NCBI GenBank assembly: GCA_965112155.1
Contig: OZ218101.1
DNA length: 64,000 bases
Source of the DNA: Podarcis liolepis
Lineage: Eukaryota
Reading direction: 5' to 3' (one strand)
Made by a program: the position numbers and the translations under genes. Shown piece after piece: positions 36,712 to 49,590 of the stretch; position 1 is the first letter of the stretch, and each line of letters begins with the position of its first letter. Below the pieces are notes generated by a model, which was not told the DNA's origin, did not search any database, and worked only from the letters and a program-made list of their open reading frames with translations.

Positions 36712-37840
36712 GTAAGACATGAGATGTTAAGATGCAGTTCTTAGGGTTCTGACAACGTAAGCATCTATCGGTCTGCCTAAGCCACTTCTGCATTTGGTCA
36801 CCTATCTTTGTGTGTGGAGTAAACAGCTTCTTGCAACTCATGAAAATGCTCAATGCTCAAGGGAAGTTGGCTTATTTGGACAAAATCTATGTTCAGGGAT
36901 GGGAAACCTGTTGACAAACATCTGGCAGTGGGGTGTGTGTGTGTGTGTGTGGAGACAGTGGTTCTTCTCTCCCACTGGCCAGTTAAAACTAGATGTCACC
37001 ATATCAAAACTGGAACCAACTGCAGTAATGCAGGCCGCTCCCTGACCCAACACAGAGCGAGAATGGATGTCTGAAGAGAAGCCTTTCCTTGGAGGCTTGC
37101 ACACTCTGGTCCTAGTGCAGTCCAATTTGATTCCACAGAAACCTACGCACCTAGGCTTCCCTTCTTCCACTGTCCCATGTTCAATTTCAGCAGATACACA
37201 ATGTCACACACACACACCCCAGCTGTATAGCCCTCCTTCGCTTTAACATATTAAGTGGGCTAACGAAGTATCTTTTTGGGGCTGCGGATAAATTAAATCA
37301 CTTCTGTTGCCTTACCATTTTATGTATGTCCAATTGATACGCAGGTCCTTTTGGACCTAGAATAGGGCAGAATGGGAGCAGGGCACACCAGGAATGGAAC
37401 CCCACACAAAATGGTTGCTGCCCGTATAAGAAATGTCTTAGCTAGACTTGTGAGGATTCCTGAAAAGTGCCAATCATTGTGTTTGCCATGTATCTTGGAG
37501 CACTCTGCATAGCATTAGCAATGGAGTTTACTCTGGGAGTTACCACTGTGTGCCTGTTTCAACAGTTACTCCCAGAAACATTAAACAGGGATTTCCGAGG
37601 AAGTGACATTCTAGTACTTGCTCCATCTTGGTTCCCAACAAACTGCTAGGGAACTGATTAACAGTTAAACTGCCTGTTTGTGAACCATATAAGCAAAGTT
37701 TGTGTAATTGCTTTTGAGGATTATAAATGTGCATGTTAATTCCTTTCCCTTGCAGGTAGGTAGTATTAGTTATCTATTATAGTCTTTCCATTTTTAAGGC
37801 TGCAGGCAACAAACAAAAAATTGCATGTCATGTTTTTCAG

Positions 37841-38290
37841 CGAGAGTTCATCCAGTTCTGCAAGACCTTGTACAGCATGTTTCATGAAGACCCAGAGGAG
37901 AACGAGTTGTATCAAGCCATTGCCACAGTGACTACTTTGTTACTCCAGATTGGAGAAGTGGGTCAGAGAAGCAGCAGTTCAGGCTCAGACGACTTTACTG
38001 AGGACTTCCAGACTGAGGCATCTACCTCTGAGCAAGATGCGGTTTTTACTGACACTGTGAAGACCCAAAAGAATGCAGAGTCTTTACCAATAACTGATGG
38101 GGATTGGATTGTTTCATTTGAACACATCTTGGCTTCACTATTAACTGAACAGTCACTCGTCAACTTCTTTGAAAAATCCTTGGACCTCAAATTAAAACTG
38201 GAGAATGCAAGGGTAGCTCAATATACCTTCAAAACAAATGGCACCAGCCAATCATCACGAGGTGAGACCGAACCTTTAAGTGTACCATAG
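37841..38290 (+). CDS. TBC1D8: TBC1D8 last coding exon
   Basis: tcag|REFIQFCKTLYSMFHEDPEENELYQAIATVTTLLLQIGEVGQR...WIVSFEHILASLLTEQSLVNFFEK...PLSVP*; phases of all 19 exons are consistent. Confidence 0.97.
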   Translation, partial: REFIQFCKTLYSMFHEDPEENELYQAIATVTTLLLQIGEVGQRSSSSGSDDFTEDFQTEASTSEQDAVFTDTVKTQKNAESLPITDGDWIVSFEHILASLLTEQSLVNFFEKSLDLKLKLENARVAQYTFKTNGTSQSSRGETEPLSVP

Positions 38291-38721
38291 CAAATCTCCC
38301 AGGCAGTTCATGTTACACCAAAGCGCATCTTGCAACATTAAGTTTTTGGGACTATTTTGATACATTTTCAGTTGAAGAGCTTTAAAACCAAAACACATTT
38401 AATGTGGTTTTGACATTTGTTTTCTTGAATGTAATTTAGGAAGAAAAGGCCATCTTCCCTTTGAATACTGCTGCAGATGTGTTAATATTTCAAAGACAAA
38501 AAGCTGAACTCCTTGTTTGAAAGTGTCGTCTGACTACCGACTGCAGGTTTTATGTACAGTTGCCTTTTTTGCACTAATACCGAATACTTGTTTCAATGCT
38601 GGTAATTGAAACCATTAATATATATTAATATATACAAATCAAGACATCAAGATTTGTATGTCTTGCTGAATGTTCAGTGTACATGGACTGTGCTTTTCAT
38701 GTCTCTGTGTGTGCACATTTC

Positions 38722-38727
38722 AATAAA
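38722..38727 (+). terminator. TBC1D8: Probable TBC1D8 polyadenylation signal
   Basis: AATAAA about 430 nt after the stop, followed by a T-rich tract. Confidence 0.7.
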
Positions 38728-39018
38728 AATGCCTTTGTAACTTTTGCTTTTCAAATAGCACCTTCACCTTCAAAATGAATCTGCAGTCATTCACTCTTCC
38801 ACATTTCCATATTGCTGTCTTAAAATGGATCTGTTGCTCCTGGACCATCAAAGGAATATCAGTGCTGGCTGCGGCTGACAGGAGTTGCAGTCAACAGAAG
38901 ACCAAAGATTTAATTTCAAGAAATATTTAGCCAGCCAGTTTGGGAGCCAAAGCAACCTGAATCGCCTCATAACTAGACTTTAAAAAAGACTTGTTGAGTA
39001 AAGTAATGTCATAACATT

Positions 39019-39024
39019 TTTATT
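39019..39024 (-). terminator. RPL31: RPL31 polyadenylation signal
   Basis: AATAAA on the - strand 11 nt after the stop; short 3'UTR typical of ribosomal protein genes. Confidence 0.85.
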
Positions 39025-39035
39025 GTAATGAAAGA

Positions 39036-39067
39036 TTAGTTTTCATCCACATTAACAGTCTGTAGGC
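39036..39067 (-). CDS. RPL31: 60S ribosomal protein L31, last exon
   Basis: ttttacag|(S)LQTVNVDEN*; 32 nt. Confidence 0.96.
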
Positions 39068-39279
39068 CTGTAAAAAAGGAGGAAGTTGCGTTAAAGTTGA
39101 ATACACAATCCATATTCAGCATGCATTAATTTTAGATTATAGTGTGGAATGGGGAAGGAAGGCAATTTCCCTTCCTGCAGGTTCCCAAAAGTCCAGAGGT
39201 CCCTAACTCTCTGGAGATTTTGAGAGAGGAAATGCTACAAATTGCCTCCCCTCCCTGTTCCGCAGATAGATACTGTTCA

Positions 39280-39588
<309 letters not shown>

Positions 39589-40197
39589 TTACGGAAGTTC
39601 CACTCCACTTATTTCCAGTTCTGCAATCCTAACATTTAATAATTTTCCCTTCAAGGCTGTTCTTCATGTCCAAGGGGCAAGGAAAGCCATTTTTTATTTT
39701 TATAAGTTAACACGATTTATAAGCATCATGAAAAAGATCTTGACTATTGGTCATGCTGGCTGAAGATGCTAGCTGGACTGCAGCAGCATCTGGAAGGCAC
39801 CACTGTGGCTACCCCTGGATCAGACCTACTCTTCTAACACATCCTGTTAGCCCAGAAGCAGTGTATTCTAAAAGCAGCATTAGTTCCATAATCCATTTAA
39901 GAATGAAGATTGCTCCAGTGTGAAGCAATTCTCCAGGAAAATACAGAATGCTCAGCCCAGATAACATACTTAGAACTACAGTTCAAATACTAGCTGTTTC
40001 TTCAAGGGATTTGAGAACCATAACATTATTCCCATTAATTATAGTACTATGATACCAGCCTTTTATTTAAGCTTTGGCCTGGTACCAATAGATGGATAGA
40101 AACCCCATGCATGGCAGAGAAAGGTAATAATTCTCTCTTCTGTACTCAGCATAGAAATGCAGCTGCCAATCCCCCCAGTAACTTCTGTCATACATCA

Positions 40198-40578
<381 letters not shown>

Positions 40579-42162
40579 CTACTCCTAAACCTCAGGAACC
40601 CCTGTTTGTGCCTAGACTTCAGCATCTGAATAGCATACCCTAGGGATGAGGAGCCTCAGGAACAGGGGCCAAATGTGGCCATCCAAGCCTCTCTATGGAC
40701 TCAGGACTCTCCTCAAGCCATACTCCCCTATCTTTCTTGCTCCTCAGGTGCTTTCGCCTGACTAGAAATGAGTCTTAACCCTGTGGGAGGAGTAGGGTGG
40801 ATGTGTGCACATATACAACAGCCTGGGTTTTGTGTGGCTGGAATGTTCCCTGCCCTTCAAAGGCAAGTTGCATCTCTTGCTCTGCCCACTTCTGACTTTG
40901 GTCTCGCCACTATCAGCATGCAGCTCCTAGAAGGGAACGGGGTCCCTTGTGAAGAAAATTCCTCACCCGCACCTCCAGTATATAAAACCTGCATAAAGCC
41001 ACTAGTTACCAAGATGGGCTGGTGGAGAAAGCTAGGCTTTTTTCTTTTTTATGCTATTTATTACTTTTTAGGAAAAGGCCTAGAAGTAATTTGAGGAGGT
41101 TCAGCTATGATAATTGGGCTTACAAAGGCAAAATTTTAGTTTCTGATGAATCATAAATTTTAGAATCTCCTTATTTGCCTTCTAATACCCAGCTCATTCT
41201 GTTGGCTATTTGCAGTATAGTAGCGCTGCAGAGAGCTTGCTGGGGAGACCATGCATTAAAAAGGGACTCAAAAATAACTTGAAGGTTTTAATAAGAAAAA
41301 CAAAAACTCCATTTACACTAAATACATCAACAAACCAGACCCAACCACCAACCCATCCCCCAGGGTAATGGGAGAGCTAGGTGCTGCTCCTTATATACTC
41401 TACCCAATTCCTGACACAGTTTAATCAGTACAACTCAGCAGCACCTGCTATGTTTCACAGCTGTAAAGCTGGGTCTCGTTAGTTTGCTCTGGCCCTTGCT
41501 CCGGCCCCTTAAAGACATACACATGGAGTGGAACAATAATGAACCTTTACATTTAAAGAAACCATTCAACACATTCTGGGCCTGCTGTAGGGAAGATTTT
41601 TCAGAAAAGTCAAAGCTAAGAACTGACTTCTGCAAAAATTTTGCTTTTCCACACTCCATTAACTATACTTCAAACACAAAGTAAGCCAGCTCAGCCAGAG
41701 ATGAGATGAAAGCACAGAAAGATTCAATCAGCTTCACCACAACTCATGGATGTACAGAAATTAAGCTACTGTTTTTTCCTGTTCAGATTTGTGACTAGAG
41801 CATGAACTCCGAATACCTCCCATTATAAACAGGAAGAACGCTAAACCTGTTCCATTGTACATCAACAGTACACCCAAGAGACTATTTCCCCCCTCAATCA
41901 TAGTGCCAACATTACACAAGTTACCCAATGTCTCTTGAATTTAACAGTGACCTTGCATCCTAAACCCAAAGCCAGGATACCAGTGAGTTTAATTACAATA
42001 GCAGTGTCAACATATTTATGTTATTTAGCCAAGCATTTGCAACGCCTCATTATAAGCATTTACTAATTGGTTCAAGCTGTTTTCTACCAGGCTTTTTACT
42101 TGTCTGCCCGTCCCCAATCACACATCTTGGAACACTGAAGGGAGGCCCAAACCACTCACCCA

Positions 42163-42373
42163 CAGAGTGGTACCTCTAGTTACAAACTTAATTCATTCCG
42201 GAGGTCCGTTCTTAACCTGAAACTGTTCTTAACTAGAGGCATGCTTTCGCTAATGGGGCCTCTTGCTGCTGCTGTGCAGTTAGCACACGATTTCCGTTCT
42301 CATCCTGGGGCAAAGTTCTCAACTCGAGGTAACTTTTCAAGGTTAGCAGAGTTTGTAACCTGAGGTACCAGTG
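42163..42373. mobile_element. Tc1/mariner (Tigger-like) MITE
   Basis: agtggtacctc...gaggtacca termini; same family as 9478-9700 in the opposite orientation. Confidence 0.75.
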
Positions 42374-42814
42374 TGTGTGTGTGTGTGTAGGTTTTGCCGT
42401 TTTTCAGCAAATAAGTATTCATATTTATTTTCACAATCAAATGCTTTCTTTAAAACCTGTGAACACAATTCCTGTAAACTATAATATTAGGTAACTATTT
42501 CTAACGCAAATCAGTACACTTTTGGTTTTTTAACTTAAAATCTGGTACAGCTAAATTTTCCTTTGCACATGAATATAAAAGGGCCTTAAGGACCACCTGT
42601 AACCCTTTTGGCTTACAACAGAACTTGAGATATTCTGTAGTACAACTGATTCTTTACAAGGCAACAATCAGTATGGTATTTCTAAGCTTTTAACAAAGTT
42701 TTTAACTCAAAAGTAATGTTTGATGATACAGTCGCTTGGACCAATTTCTGCACTGAGTAACAGTGTAACACATTTTCAAAAAATGAAAGAACAAAAAATA
42801 AGGACTGCCACTTA

Positions 42815-42931
<117 letters not shown>

Positions 42932-42998
42932 TCAAAACACAAAAAGCCTTGTTTTACACAGCACAATATGACATACTATCATCATCATTGTTTCTTAA

Positions 42999-43365
42999 AT
43001 AGTAGCTCCACAAAGCAATGATAAGAGCAAAAATGACAGAAACAGACATCTGCCAAATGCAGAGGCTGAGTTCAGCATTTCCTCCTACTGGAATAGATGG
43101 CCTAGATTTTAGGCCATCCAGTATGTAAAGCCACAATTTTAGTTGTTGACTAAAATTCTTAAAAGACTTTGAAAAGCCTGGTCGCAGTCTCTCCTTGTGT
43201 TCTCTGACATGCTATTAATATTTAGACACCAGGCAAATACATTATTATTCTTCCAGGCCTCTGGCTAATTGAATACTCCATGGCCTTTAAAACTGTTGGG
43301 GAATTATTGTTTTCAATTGTTACTGTTATATATTTTTATGTTTCTATATTGTTAACCGCCCTGTG
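42999..43365 (+). pseudogene. Decayed duplicate of TBC1D8 exon 8 3' part plus start of intron 8
   Basis: Colinear with 27043-~27395: atagtagct.cacaaagcaat...agacatctgc..aatgcagagg..ctgagttcagcatttc...ggaatagatgg..gtatgtaaagccacaattttagtt...ctgacatgctattaatatt; 2-nt frameshift deletion. Confidence 0.9.
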
Positions 43366-44375
43366 ATCCTAATCATCTAAAGGAGTCCCTCTCATCCACG
43401 ACTCTTGTCTCTGACCATTCATGTGCAAGAACACAGTACCTGCACAGGTAACAAATACCTCACAGAAGTGAAACCAGCTCTTCTAATACCTACCATTTAT
43501 CCGCAATGCTTGTAGCATGTCAAAGCACTTCACACATCCTATCCCATTAATGCTAACATAAACTTTGTGACCCAGGTGCATATTATCATATTTCAACTGT
43601 GGGAGGATTCAGAAATAGTGGCTTACTTTAGACCAACATCAGCCTGGCTCACACTCTTCACCATTACTGCGCAAATCCCCTAAAGCTTCCAGTTTATTAA
43701 TGCCAGTGTCTAACTTTCTACCAGCCTCCTGTCATGTTGAGAGTCCACAGTTGCTAAAATTACTTTACTACACAACAAGCAGCTGACTCTGCTGAATCTC
43801 AAAAATGTTTTTTTTAACAGGAGAACAGCCCTATCAGATCATGCCAATAGCCCATCTAGTACAATATCCTGTTCTGACTAGATGCCTGTGGAAAATCTGC
43901 AATCAGGATCTCAGCATCTAATGTGGACATTAAGAAAAAAACAGAAAAAGGCAGATATACTTTCAAATTTGTGCCACAATCTGAAAGTACGCTTGCAACT
44001 CCAGCATTGTGAATGGAAAGATTCTTCCTTTGTGCGATCTACTCCCTGCCTTTGCTCTCCTCTATATGCTCTAGTTCCACTAACAGAAGGAAAGTGCCAA
44101 CAAGATTAGAGTTGCAATGGTGTGATTTAGGGACAAAATCACCCCTCCAAAAAAAGAGGGAAAAGCACAACCAGTAATCCAAGAACGCTGAGTGTCAGCT
44201 AGAATGCCAAGATGAGCTCTGCTGGATCAGGCCAAAGGCCCATATAGATCAACATGCTGCTCTCATAGTGGCCAAGCAGGTGGTTTATGTGAAGAAAGAC
44301 CACAAACAGAACCAGAGTGTAATAGCTGTTGCAGCTGTAGCACTTTGGGGGGGACGGGACATAAAACTGGGGTGG

Positions 44376-44378
<3 letters not shown>

Positions 44379-44426
<48 letters not shown>

Positions 44427-44477
44427 GGTTTTGGTGTCTACGGGTGTCTTCCCGTGTAAGAGTTGGGGTGTCTAGGC

Positions 44478-44512
<35 letters not shown>
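44379..44512. repeat. (TA)n and (TG)n microsatellites
   Basis: (ta)n at about 44379-44423 and (tg)n at about 44481-44512. Confidence 0.95.
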
Positions 44513-44515
<3 letters not shown>

Positions 44516-44879
44516 ATACATACATACATAGAGACACACAGAGACAGAGAATTTATAGCACAGCAGCAACTTTAAGTTATCTTATACCACACAACAGTCT
44601 TTGAGTAGAAAGCCCGGTTTGAGCTCCTTACACCTTGAGTTTCGTGAAGGGAGGCCCGGCTCAAACTCTGCCAGAAGATACAAACTAATATTCTGTTGAA
44701 GACCCCCCCCCTTTGTAAGAATATAGTACTGCAAGTTGTAAAAATACAGCACATGATTCAGCGACATACGCACAACGTGCAAACGGTACCAAACTATTGC
44801 TTCCTCACACAAAATGTTAATTAACACTAAAGACGAAAACTCCTGTCCCCAATTTTCACTAATATGAATGGAATTGCCG

Positions 44880-45610
44880 AATTTTGTTTCAGTTGGCTTT
44901 TGAGGCTGCAAACACACGTCCCCATGTCCTTTACGACACGCGTGCTCAAAGAACAGTCCTTCTAGACAGCTTCACTTCCCTCCAAGTCCTGTGTCTTTAG
45001 TCCTCACTGCCTTTTCAGGTAATATCAGGCCTAGGCCAGGCTGGAACCACGGCGGCATCGGCGGGGGGGGGGCGGAATCTCAATCCCGCCAGGCGAGACT
45101 TCAAGGCCAGGCCCAGAAATACCCGTCCCCCGATACTCCTCCTCGCCCCAGCCAGCCACCCAACCCGGGCTCTCGCCATTGCGAGGCCCACAGAAGCGGA
45201 TGGCTTCGGATAACAAGAACCGCTCCGAAAGCAGCTACTTACCCTGCTCAGGACCAGACCAGAAAGGAAGGCGCGGGGGCTTATGGGAGGAAACCAAGGA
45301 ACCCGGAACAGCCATAGAGACGGCGAAGGGAAATACGAGGAGCGCTTCCGGGTCAGGAATCACCAGTTGCTAAGCGGCGCTCCCAGAGGGGAATAGCGGC
45401 GGGAGGTTGGGCCGTCTCTATGGCGGGCACGTTGGAGGAGGAGCTAGTGACGCTTTAAAAAGTGGTTTCCCCTCCCCGCCCGCGCACCTTTTCCTTAGAG
45501 GTGGCAGCTGCTTAATGGAGACTTAATGGTTTGGTAGCGGCGGTGATGCAAAATCATAAAGGATCTCTGCTGCCTGTGATAAATGTGATTTTAAAAACTA
45601 CGGCGGTTTT
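44880..45610. promoter_or_regulatory. RPL31: CpG island / RPL31 promoter
   Basis: Sharp rise in GC and CpG. Ets/GABP-type CCGGAA at about 45303 and CTTCCGG at about 45345, plus GC boxes. Confidence 0.85.
45243..45270 (-). other. RPL31: RPL31 non-coding exon 1 with 5'TOP tract
   Basis: The - strand reads CTTCCTTTCTGGTCTGGTCCTGAGCAGG|GTAAGT: a pyrimidine TCT/TOP initiator and a canonical donor. TSS position inferred. Confidence 0.85.
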
Positions 45611-46275
45611 TTTTGTTTTGCGTGATTACTGTGGTTATCATGAACACCCCCAAATTGCAAACTAGGGCAGAGAGCTACTCAAGCCAACTTTGCAGTGTAT
45701 GCAATTGCAGTCGGCTGCCGTTATACCCACACTGCGGTCCAATATTTTGGGGTGTGTGCATTTTTGTGGTGCAATCAGGTACCTATGGGAATCCCATACC
45801 AAGATATGAGCGGAACAGTCCCCCAACTCCTGTTTTTATACTGTAAAGCCCAATCACTGATATTCAGAGGCATACACTGGAGGAATCATCGTGATCTAAC
45901 CTTTAAAAGCTGCCCTAGTGGTTGTGCCTTGTGAAGAACCAAGTTTGGTCTGTCCTGAATCTCCCGTCTTTAAAATCATAGACACACTGATTCTGGTTTC
46001 ATGACAGAGGATGGAAACACCTGCTTATCCTGTCTCCACACCAGTATCCCATCTCCCAGTCCACTTTCTTTTCCGACTCCTGTAACAGCGGTTAGGCAGC
46101 TTCCTTGCAATTGGATTGGCAGTCCAGTATATTGCCAATCTCCTCTTTACTGAAGTCAGGACTGAAAAATGGGACTCTGATTTCAGAACAGTTATGCATC
46201 TGGGACTCCCCCACTGTAGCCTGGGCTGAAATCGTTCCCTTCAAATTATGTCTGCATGTATGCTTCTAAGTAAAC

Positions 46276-46397
46276 CAGGGGTGGCTAAAGGGTAGTCCTC
46301 CAAATGTTGATGGACTCACAATTTGCATCCGCTCCAGTCAGCATTGTCAATAGCCAAGAATTGTGGGAGTTGTAGTCCAGCAAGATTTGGAAGACCA
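46276..46397. mobile_element. hAT-type MITE (older)
   Basis: caggggtggctaa...ttagtcacccc termini; internal gggagttgtagtcc motif shared with 11222-11357. Confidence 0.6.
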
Positions 46398-47034
46398 CAG
46401 GTAATTAGTCACCCCACTAGAAGGTAGTAGAACCCAAGAGGCTTACTTTTTAAAGGTACACTTATGCCCCCTCTCTAACCTAACACACAACTTGGGAATC
46501 TTTGCTCTTATTAAGCATGTTTGGAGCTGCAGCCAAGATCTCTGGAAGCAAGAACAACAATCCTACATCAGAAATTGGCTCTGACCTCAATACATTTGTT
46601 TGACTTTTAGATGTTTTGAGACTTTTATATCAAGGTTCCAGTGTGTGATAACTGCTTTTCAGCCCTATAAAAAGCTTGTTTGAGAGGGAGCCAAATTCTA
46701 GATTAAAGGTGTAGACATCAACTCTTCATCCTTTGCTAGGGACAATTGCTTGTTATTCCTAGAGGATTGTTTAAAGCAGGAATACAATTCTTCCCTCCCA
46801 GGTGTGTGCCTGCAGTCATATTTTTCTCAAGGGACTGATAGAAACAGAAATGAACATCCAAATTGTGATGCTCCTCCAGACCCTATCAACCTGGTTTGAA
46901 ATGGCATGCACAAATGGCATGCACAATCTCTACACTGCGCAAACCTTTGTTGTGCGTTGCGTTGGGGCCGGTGAGTTTGTTACAACCTAGCTGGAAAGGC
47001 TGTGATCAGGCAATGCAATTCAAAATAATCTGTA

Positions 47035-47193
47035 AAGGTAAAGGGACCCCTGACCATTAGTGCTTTCAAACTGCTAGGTTGGCAGGAGCAGGGACCAAGC
47101 AACAGGAGCTCATCCCGTCACAGGGATTCGAACCACCGACCTTCTGATTGGCAAGTCCTAGGCTCTGTGGTTTAACCCACAGCGCCACCTGCA
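47035..47193 (-). mobile_element. Internally deleted Sauria SINE
   Basis: The tail aaaggtaaagggacccctgaccattag joins directly to tgctttcaaactgctagg...; about 190 nt of the body is missing. Confidence 0.85.
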
Positions 47194-47454
47194 TCTCTAT
47201 ACTATAGTATACCTATACTATAACTATACTTACCTATACTAAGCGGCAAAACTGATTGCTCCACCAGCCCCAACAAAGCATAAATTAGTAAAAGTAACTA
47301 AATATATGGTAACTAAATTTTTACAAAAGAGTGTTTTACTGCAGAATGCATTGCATACAGCCTCATGTACCATTTGCAGTAGCCAGAGGTGTAGTAAAAT
47401 TCTCACTGCATGGGAAGAGGGTATGGACAAAAGTGGTATGTAAATAAAAATAAA

Positions 47455-47819
47455 CGGGTAAAGGACCCCTGGATGGTTAAAAGTCCAGTCAAAGGCAACC
47501 ATGGGGTGCAGCGCTCATCTCACTTCAGGCCTAGGGACCTGGTGTTTGTCCACAGACAACTTTCCGGGTCATGTGACCAGCATGACTTAAACCGCTTCTG
47601 GCGCAATGGAACACTGTGACTGAAGCCAGAGTGCCCGGAAATGCCGTTTACCTTCCCGCCACAGCGATACCTATTTACCTACTTGCACTGGTGTGCTTTT
47701 GGAATACTAGGTTGACAGAAGATCAGACAGAGCAACAGGAGCTCACCCCCATCAAGTGGATTTGAACAGGGGACCTTCCGACTGGCAGTGGTTTAGACCA
47801 CAGCGCCAGCCACATCCCA
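47455..47819 (-). mobile_element. Sauria SINE (more diverged)
   Basis: ggtaaaggacccctgg...cagcgccagccacatccc. Confidence 0.85.
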
Positions 47820-48243
47820 TAGCGGTATGTATGCTGCAGTATGTTCCCCGTAGTAACAAGATACTTCTACCCACCAAACACCATACTACATGCTCAATAC
47901 TTCATAAATTGTTGCATTAATAAGCACTGCAACAGACCCTACCCATCAATTATCAACATGTCAACAGACTGTAAGACAATGAAAAATGAAAAGGGTTAGC
48001 AAAAAGCCCACATCAGGCTAGTCATTTGTTTCATATAAGCCTGGTGCAAAGGGTGCTGTATTAACAGCTCTCTGCAGGCACCCGTATGTCCAAGCTAAAG
48101 GCCTGAAGCTATAGTTCTATATTTCAGTTTGTTTTTTACAAACTATTAATTCTTTAAAAAGCATGGAGAGAAAAAACGCGTTTCACTTGTGAAATGAGCT
48201 GGTCTTTCATAAACAAAATAATGTTCACATAATCCCATATAAT

Positions 48244-49290
48244 TTTATTTTATATAGAAATAGGTCAAGGTTGGGGTTTTGTTTTGTTTACAACAACTTT
48301 TTTTATACGCTACTTATTGAATAATTACATAAAATCTTTTTTTTAGAAACATCAACATAAAGCATACAAAAGTGCAACGCTTTGGAGGAAAAGTCAAACC
48401 TAAACGTAAGTAATGAAAGATATGTAATATAGTTGCAGCATTTTTCCACTTAATGGGCTGTAACACAGTGCATATTCTTCAGGTGTTTGTTCTATGAACA
48501 GTTGTGAGGGGGCTGTTCAGTTAGTAGAAAAGATTCTCTTCAAAGTGTTTAAAGAGCATGACTAGTACATTGGAATAATAGCTGCATGATTGTGCTTCGG
48601 TTCACTGTTTACAATTGTAGTTCACTAAGTAAATAGGAAAATGTCCAGTGTAATTTCTTTGAAACATTAGAAATAGCAAGAGGGAGAGGTAACAAGTTTA
48701 TACTTTCAGGTTATGAGTCCAAGGTCTATAAACTGCAGGGTGCTTTTTATTTAAATAAAGGACAACATGTTCTCTCTCTCACTGGAAGTGCTTATCTGGC
48801 CACCAGAACAAACTTTTATTCACCGAAAGTGCTAGGTTATGCCTTTTGTGCAGTTGTGCAAAATAATAATAATATTAATAAAAATAATCTCTCATTCTCT
48901 CAATAGATTTTCTCTGAACCAGTGCTTTTCATATTCAACAGATCAAAATAGTGAAGGCCAAGTAACTCGTATCCCCCCCCCTTTTTTTTTGGAATAGCCA
49001 GAATACTTTCTGGTCAAAATAGTCAGAAGAATCGTCTACCAACACATACCAGTTTGCACATGATGGTATGTATTAGTATTAATATACATAATGTAGTCAC
49101 AAAATAGTGCAAACATCTGCAAAATAATTCCCGTTCCTTTCCTATTGCACTATCCACCAAGGTCTGTGCTTGGCAATCTCTTTACATCACAAAACTCTGA
49201 AATGAACACATATGCAAAGGCTGGCTTCCCTCCTGCCCAGCCACCCACCATTCAATAAAGCTAAATGTGTACTGATTGTTACAGCAGATT
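48244..49290 (-). other. NPAS2: NPAS2 3'UTR (candidate AATAAA at 48244-48249; alternatives at 48746 and 48815)
   Basis: TE-free AT-rich stretch after the stop codon; AATAAA hexamers on the - strand; several miRNA seed matches. Confidence 0.7.
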
Positions 49291-49473
49291 CTACTGCAGA
49301 TGTTGTTCCATGTTTGAGGATTCAGGCAAACCGACAGTCCTCCTGGCAGCAGGTTCTGGCTGCTGTTGCTGTGACTGCATATGATGGTACTCTACGCTTT
49401 CTTCCTGTCGAGGGTAGGAAGGCAAGAGCAAAGAATCTGCCTGCTCACTGTGCAAAGGGCCTGCAGACTCTAC
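49291..49473 (-). CDS. NPAS2: Neuronal PAS domain protein 2, last coding exon
   Basis: atag|VESAGPLHSEQADSLLLPSYPRQEESVEYHHMQSQQQQPEPAARRTVGLPESSNMEQHLQ*; resembles the NPAS2 C-terminus (LHSEQ.DSLLL); 183 nt. Confidence 0.92.
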   Translation of the reverse strand, partial: VESAGPLHSEQADSLLLPSYPRQEESVEYHHMQSQQQQPEPAARRTVGLPESSNMEQHLQ

Positions 49474-49545
49474 CTATATGTGAAACAAAATTGGATGCCG
49501 TCAAATAATGGTTTAGCAGATCAAAAACAGTTGTTCTGTTAATTA

Positions 49546-49590
<45 letters not shown>

